DNA of 59,947 nt from Naegleria gruberi (taxonomy: Eukaryota). The notes beneath the pieces were generated by a model. The model saw only the letters and a program-made list of their open reading frames with translations. It had not been told where the DNA came from and ran no database searches. The position numbers and the translations under genes are program-made. Positions within the stretch are counted from its first letter, which is position 1. Each line of letters begins with the position of its first letter. Below, one piece after another: positions 53,857 to 59,947 of this stretch. Where the stretch lies: the NCBI GenBank assembly GCA_000004985.1, contig GG738937.1; one strand, 5' to 3'.

Positions 53857-56800
53857 NNNNNNNNNNNNNNNNNNNNNNNNNNNNNNNNNNNNNNNNNNNN
53901 NNNNNNNNNNNNNNNNNNNNNNNNNNNNNNNNNNNNNNNNNNNNNNNNNNNNNNNNNNNNNNNNNNNNNNNNNNNNNNNNNNNNNNNNNNNNNNNNNNNN
54001 NNNNNNNNNNNNNNNNNNNNNNNNNNNNNNNNNNNNNNNNNNNNNNNNNNNNNNNNNNNNNNNNNNNNNNNNNNNNNNNNNNNNNNNNNNNNNNNNNNNN
54101 NNNNNNNNNNNNNNNNNNNNNNNNNNNNNNNNNNNNNNNNNNNNNNNNNNNNNNNNNNNNNNNNNNNNNNNNNNNNNNNNNNNNNNNNNNNNNNNNNNNN
54201 NNNNNNNNNNNNNNNNNNNNNNNNNNNNNNNNNNNNNNNNNNNNNNNNNNNNNNNNNNNNNNNNNNNNNNNNNNNNNNNNNNNNNNNNNNNNNNNNNNNN
54301 NNNNNNNNNNNNNNNNNNNNNNNNNNNNNNNNNNNNNNNNNNNNNNNNNNNNNNNNNNNNNNNNNNNNNNNNNNNNNNNNNNNNNNNNNNNNNNNNNNNN
54401 NNNNNNNNNNNNNNNNNNNNNNNNNNNNNNNNNNNNNNNNNNNNNNNNNNNNNNNNNNNNNNNNNNNNNNNNNNNNNNNNNNNNNNNNNNNNNNNNNNNN
54501 NNNNNNNNNNNNNNNNNNNNNNNNNNNNNNNNNNNNNNNNNNNNNNNNNNNNNNNNNNNNNNNNNNNNNNNNNNNNNNNNNNNNNNNNNNNNNNNNNNNN
54601 NNNNNNNNNNNNNNNNNNNNNNNNNNNNNNNNNNNNNNNNNNNNNNNNNNNNNNNNNNNNNNNNNNNNNNNNNNNNNNNNNNNNNNNNNNNNNNNNNNNN
54701 NNNNNNNNNNNNNNNNNNNNNNNNNNNNNNNNNNNNNNNNNNNNNNNNNNNNNNNNNNNNNNNNNNNNNNNNNNNNNNNNNNNNNNNNNNNNNNNNNNNN
54801 NNNNNNNNNNNNNNNNNNNNNNNNNNNNNNNNNNNNNNNNNNNNNNNNNNNNNNNNNNNNNNNNNNNNNNNNNNNNNNNNNNNNNNNNNNNNNNNNNNNN
54901 NNNNNNNNNNNNNNNNNNNNNNNNNNNNNNNNNNNNNNNNNNNNNNNNNNNNNNNNNNNNNNNNNNNNNNNNNNNNNNNNNNNNNNNNNNNNNNNNNNNN
55001 NNNNNNNNNNNNNNNNNNNNNNNNNNNNNNNNNNNNNNNNNNNNNNNNNNNNNNNNNNNNNNNNNNNNNNNNNNNNNNNNNNNNNNNNNNNNNNNNNNNN
55101 NNNNNNNNNNNNNNNNNNNNNNNNNNNNNNNNNNNNNNNNNNNNNNNNNNNNNNNNNNNNNNNNNNNNNNNNNNNNNNNNNNNNNNNNNNNNNNNNNNNN
55201 NNNNNNNNNNNNNNNNNNNNNNNNNNNNNNNNNNNNNNNNNNNNNNNNNNNNNNNNNNNNNNNNNNNNNNNNNNNNNNNNNNNNNNNNNNNNNNNNNNNN
55301 NNNNNNNNNNNNNNNNNNNNNNNNNNNNNNNNNNNNNNNNNNNNNNNNNNNNNNNNNNNNNNNNNNNNNNNNNNNNNNNNNNNNNNNNNNNNNNNNNNNN
55401 NNNNNNNNNNNNNNNNNNNNNNNNNNNNNNNNNNNNNNNNNNNNNNNNNNNNNNNNNNNNNNNNNNNNNNNNNNNNNNNNNNNNNNNNNNNNNNNNNNNN
55501 NNNNNNNNNNNNNNNNNNNNNNNNNNNNNNNNNNNNNNNNNNNNNNNNNNNNNNNNNNNNNNNNNNNNNNNNNNNNNNNNNNNNNNNNNNNNNNNNNNNN
55601 NNNNNNNNNNNNNNNNNNNNNNNNNNNNNNNNNNNNNNNNNNNNNNNNNNNNNNNNNNNNNNNNNNNNNNNNNNNNNNNNNNNNNNNNNNNNNNNNNNNN
55701 NNNNNNNNNNNNNNNNNNNNNNNNNNNNNNNNNNNNNNNNNNNNNNNNNNNNNNNNNNNNNNNNNNNNNNNNNNNNNNNNNNNNNNNNNNNNNNNNNNNN
55801 NNNNNNNNNNNNNNNNNNNNNNNNNNNNNNNNNNNNNNNNNNNNNNNNNNNNNNNNNNNNNNNNNNNNNNNNNNNNNNNNNNNNNNNNNNNNNNNNNNNN
55901 NNNNNNNNNNNNNNNNNNNNNNNNNNNNNNNNNNNNNNNNNNNNNNNNNNNNNNNNNNNNNNNNNNNNNNNNNNNNNNNNNNNNNNNNNNNNNNNNNNNN
56001 NNNNNNNNNNNNNNNNNNNNNNNNNNNNNNNNNNNNNNNNNNNNNNNNNNNNNNNNNNNNNNNNNNNNNNNNNNNNNNNNNNNNNNNNNNNNNNNNNNNN
56101 NNNNNNNNNNNNNNNNNNNNNNNNNNNNNNNNNNNNNNNNNNNNNNNNNNNNNNNNNNNNNNNNNNNNNNNNNNNNNNNNNNNNNNNNNNNNNNNNNNNN
56201 NNNNNNNNNNNNNNNNNNNNNNNNNNNNNNNNNNNNNNNNNNNNNNNNNNNNNNNNNNNNNNNNNNNNNNNNNNNNNNNNNNNNNNNNNNNNNNNNNNNN
56301 NNNNNNNNNNNNNNNNNNNNNNNNNNNNNNNNNNNNNNNNNNNNNNNNNNNNNNNNNNNNNNNNNNNNNNNNNNNNNNNNNNNNNNNNNNNNNNNNNNNN
56401 NNNNNNNNNNNNNNNNNNNNNNNNNNNNNNNNNNNNNNNNNNNNNNNNNNNNNNNNNNNNNNNNNNNNNNNNNNNNNNNNNNNNNNNNNNNNNNNNNNNN
56501 NNNNNNNNNNNNNNNNNNNNNNNNNNNNNNNNNNNNNNNNNNNNNNNNNNNNNNNNNNNNNNNNNNNNNNNNNNNNNNNNNNNNNNNNNNNNNNNNNNNN
56601 NNNNNNNNNNNNNNNNNNNNNNNNNNNNNNNNNNNNNNNNNNNNNNNNNNNNNNNNNNNNNNNNNNNNNNNNNNNNNNNNNNNNNNNNNNNNNNNNNNNN
56701 NNNNNNNNNNNNNNNNNNNNNNNNNNNNNNNNNNNNNNNNNNNNNNNNNNNNNNNNNNNNNNNNNNNNNNNNNNNNNNNNNNNNNNNNNNNNNNNNNNNN

Positions 56801-59308
56801 NNNNNNNNNNNNNNNNNNNNNNNNNNNNNNNNNNNNNNNNNNNNNNNNNNNNNNNNNNNNNNNNNNNNNNNNNNNNNNNNNNNNNNNNNNNNNNNNNNNN
56901 NNNNNNNNNNNNNNNNNNNNNNNNNNNNNNNNNNNNNNNNNNNNNNNNNNNNNNNNNNNNNNNNNNNNNNNNNNNNNNNNNNNNNNNNNNNNNNNNNNNN
57001 NNNNNNNNNNNNNNNNNNNNNNNNNNNNNNNNNNNNNNNNNNNNNNNNNNNNNNNNNNNNNNNNNNNNNNNNNNNNNNNNNNNNNNNNNNNNNNNNNNNN
57101 NNNNNNNNNNNNNNNNNNNNNNNNNNNNNNNNNNNNNNNNNNNNNNNNNNNNNNNNNNNNNNNNNNNNNNNNNNNNNNNNNNNNNNNNNNNNNNNNNNNN
57201 NNNNNNNNNNNNNNNNNNNNNNNNNNNNNNNNNNNNNNNNNNNNNNNNNNNNNNNNNNNNNNNNNNNNNNNNNNNNNNNNNNNNNNNNNNNNNNNNNNNN
57301 NNNNNNNNNNNNNNNNNNNNNNNNNNNNNNNNNNNNNNNNNNNNNNNNNNNNNNNNNNNNNNNNNNNNNNNNNNNNNNNNNNNNNNNNNNNNNNNNNNNN
57401 NNNNNNNNNNNNNNNNNNNNNNNNNNNNNNNNNNNNNNNNNNNNNNNNNNNNNNNNNNNNNNNNNNNNNNNNNNNNNNNNNNNNNNNNNNNNNNNNNNNN
57501 NNNNNNNNNNNNNNNNNNNNNNNNNNNNNNNNNNNNNNNNNNNNNNNNNNNNNNNNNNNNNNNNNNNNNNNNNNNNNNNNNNNNNNNNNNNNNNNNNNNN
57601 NNNNNNNNNNNNNNNNNNNNNNNNNNNNNNNNNNNNNNNNNNNNNNNNNNNNNNNNNNNNNNNNNNNNNNNNNNNNNNNNNNNNNNNNNNNNNNNNNNNN
57701 NNNNNNNNNNNNNNNNNNNNNNNNNNNNNNNNNNNNNNNNNNNNNNNNNNNNNNNNNNNNNNNNNNNNNNNNNNNNNNNNNNNNNNNNNNNNNNNNNNNN
57801 NNNNNNNNNNNNNNNNNNNNNNNNNNNNNNNNNNNNNNNNNNNNNNNNNNNNNNNNNNNNNNNNNNNNNNNNNNNNNNNNNNNNNNNNNNNNNNNNNNNN
57901 NNNNNNNNNNNNNNNNNNNNNNNNNNNNNNNNNNNNNNNNNNNNNNNNNNNNNNNNNNNNNNNNNNNNNNNNNNNNNNNNNNNNNNNNNNNNNNNNNNNN
58001 NNNNNNNNNNNNNNNNNNNNNNNNNNNNNNNNNNNNNNNNNNNNNNNNNNNNNNNNNNNNNNNNNNNNNNNNNNNNNNNNNNNNNNNNNNNNNNNNNNNN
58101 NNNNNNNNNNNNNNNNNNNNNNNNNNNNNNNNNNNNNNNNNNNNNNNNNNNNNNNNNNNNNNNNNNNNNNNNNNNNNNNNNNNNNNNNNNNNNNNNNNNN
58201 NNNNNNNNNNNNNNNNNNNNNNNNNNNNNNNNNNNNNNNNNNNNNNNNNNNNNNNNNNNNNNNNNNNNNNNNNNNNNNNNNNNNNNNNNNNNNNNNNNNN
58301 NNNNNNNNNNNNNNNNNNNNNNNNNNNNNNNNNNNNNNNNNNNNNNNNNNNNNNNNNNNNNNNNNNNNNNNNNNNNNNNNNNNNNNNNNNNNNNNNNNNN
58401 NNNNNNNNNNNNNNNNNNNNNNNNNNNNNNNNNNNNNNNNNNNNNNNNNNNNNNNNNNNNNNNNNNNNNNNNNNNNNNNNNNNNNNNNNNNNNNNNNNNN
58501 NNNNNNNNNNNNNNNNNNNNNNNNNNNNNNNNNNNNNNNNNNNNNNNNNNNNNNNNNNNNNNNNNNNNNNNNNNNNNNNNNNNNNNNNNNNNNNNNNNNN
58601 NNNNNNNNNNNNNNNNNNNNNNNNNNNNNNNNNNNNNNNNNNNNNNNNNNNNNNNNNNNNNNNNNNNNNNNNNNNNNNNNNNNNNNNNNNNNNNNNNNNN
58701 NNNNNNNNNNNNNNNNNNNNNNNNNNNNNNNNNNNNNNNNNNNNNNNNNNNNNNNNNNNNNNNNNNNNNNNNNNNNNNNNNNNNNNNNNNNNNNNNNNNN
58801 NNNNNNNNNNNNNNNNNNNNNNNNNNNNNNNNNNNNNNNNNNNNNNNNNNNNNTCGAAAGATGTCGAAATGATTGTAATATTTACATTTGGCAATGACAC
58901 ACAATTGGATTTGAGTTTGTTTCTTTGTCTGTATGACATCAATCAACCAATTGATGAAACATTTGAAGGGGTGATGTATTATTGTTTAATTCTATTAATC
59001 CAAAAGATTATACGAAGGGTTATTCGAAACGAACTACATTGAATATTTGGGGAATATAATAGTTTGGAGGTATTAGTTGAAGTAAACGTTGCTTGTAATA
59101 ATTAGAGATAGATAAAAACGTCTTTCACTTGTTGTACTACTTTGACATATCTCGGATTCAAGCTCCTTTTACTAAAACATCAAATGTCTTGTTATCTTTG
59201 CATAAACTTGATTAATTTATCAAATATTGACATACTAACAATAATTCATCTATTTTCACACATCTTGATTACATTCGAAACTTGAAAATACGAAACTTTA
59301 CAAAAAAA

Positions 59309-59912
59309 ATGCCTCCACAACATCACCTAACTGATCTTCCTCCTGAACTTTTACGGCACATTCTCGAATTTCTCATCATTGCAAATCCACTCCTCGCCCG
59401 ATCAGAGAAAAATATCAAAAATTTATGTAACTTGGAATTAATTTCTAAACAATTTGGAGAAAATTTTCAAAATTTATTGGAAAATTATTGGAAGATTATT
59501 TTGTTTCAATTTATTAATCTCCGATTGGAAGTGAAGAATGGACGAGAAGTGGTGAATTCAATTAATGTGCATGATCATTGGAAAAAGAAAGACGAAATTG
59601 TGGAGAAATTAAAGATGAAATCGAATAAGAGAATTTTTGGAATTTTGAAGGAGGCAGAAAGGAGGAGAAAGGACCAATTTTCAATTTCAGATCCCTATTC
59701 GAAAAGAGATGTTTTTAAACTTTGTGTTAGTGGACCAGGAGGGTCAGGTATTCATTCCTTCATCAATCGATATTTAAATGATCAATTCAATGAACAATAT
59801 GATTATTCGTTGGATGAAGTATTTTATAAGAATGTTCAATTTAATGAAACAGAATTGAAATTGGAAATTTGGGAAAATGGTTTCAGAAATGATTATTACA
59901 TGTTTCATGAAT
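59309..59912 (+). CDS. F-box domain fused to a Ras-like small GTPase domain with a degenerate P-loop. First exon only; GTAAGT donor at 59913
   Basis: ATG at 59309. F-box LTDLPPELLRHILEFL. Then KLCVSGPGGSGIHSFINRYLNDQFNEQYDYSLDEVFYKNVQFNETELKLEIWENGFRNDYY aligns residue for residue with Ras [60 protein letters not shown]. In it GKS becomes GIHS and DTAGQ becomes ENGFR. The exon ends at MFHE followed by gtaagt. G4 and G5 would lie beyond the window. Confidence 0.6.
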
Positions 59913-59947
59913 GTAAGTTTAATGATCTAAATTGTTTATGAATCAAT

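Noticed and set aside
1215-58853. N-runs as deliberately masked features or repeats
   Set aside because: Sizes range from 1 to 16856 nt and genes run straight into them mid-exon (MED7 exon 2, kinase, NHL protein). This is typical of scaffold gaps in a draft assembly.
1181-58946. Very long ORFs in the supplied track filled with X (1181-2794, 5842-7809, 16017-19829, 22763-39916, 43102-44733, 47013-49457, 53706-58946 and their opposite-strand twins)
   Set aside because: They exist only because runs of N translate as X with no stops. Only their short real-sequence ends were used, for example the MED7 exon 2 end, the kinase 5' edge and the GPI-protein frame.
1-59947. Prokaryotic features: CRISPR arrays, operons, Shine-Dalgarno-led genes
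   Set aside because: Spliceosomal introns, Mediator, Sm and eL38 genes and 5S rRNA identify the window as eukaryotic nuclear DNA. No direct-repeat-plus-spacer structure was seen. TTG and GTG starts in the ORF track are tool artefacts.

Overview
This window is AT-rich, gene-dense eukaryotic nuclear DNA from a draft assembly. GC looks like roughly one third by eye; I did not compute it. Eleven N-runs interrupt the sequence at 1215-2607, 4107-4156, 4342, 5915-7770, 16162-19758, 22800-39655, 41157-42530, 43692-44683, 47037-49448, 50896-51415 and 53857-58853. Genes run straight into them mid-ORF, so I read them as scaffold gaps, not masked features. The X-rich ORFs in the supplied track that span these runs are artefacts.

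Genes are closely packed on both strands and intergenic spacers are often under 300 bp. Introns are few and short (41-220 bp) with canonical GT-AG boundaries: GTAAGT, GTATGT and GTAGGT donors, and acceptors such as TTATAG, TTGCAG and AAATAG. I cannot name the organism. The combination of low GC, few introns, dispersed 5S genes, many PPR-like repeats, cyclase and TKL-kinase genes points to a protist- or amoebozoan-like lineage, but that is only a guess.

What I can support from the sequence:
- Three dispersed 5S rRNA loci: two full-length and one with an internal deletion.
- Housekeeping genes: Sm D2, ribosomal protein eL38 (whose first exon is only the ATG), and Mediator subunit MED7 (exon 2 runs into a gap).
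- A tandem-repeat PPR-like gene broken by a +1 frameshift.
- A TKL-type protein kinase with one intron and a 1-nt frame break in an A-run.
- An Nta1-like C-N hydrolase, a DUF4116 repeat protein with an inverted fragment beside it, and a cyclase-homology-domain protein.
- A secreted NHL-repeat protein, a Cys-rich-repeat plus TLDc protein, and a large protein ending in a GPI-anchor-like tail.
- An F-box fused to a Ras-like domain with a degenerate P-loop.
- A head-to-head pair of small paralogous ORFs sharing a PKI-like pseudosubstrate motif.
- A 515-bp Tc1/mariner-type MITE with perfect 23-bp terminal inverted repeats and a TA target-site duplication.

I found no CRISPR array, no operon structure and no tRNA I could defend by eye.
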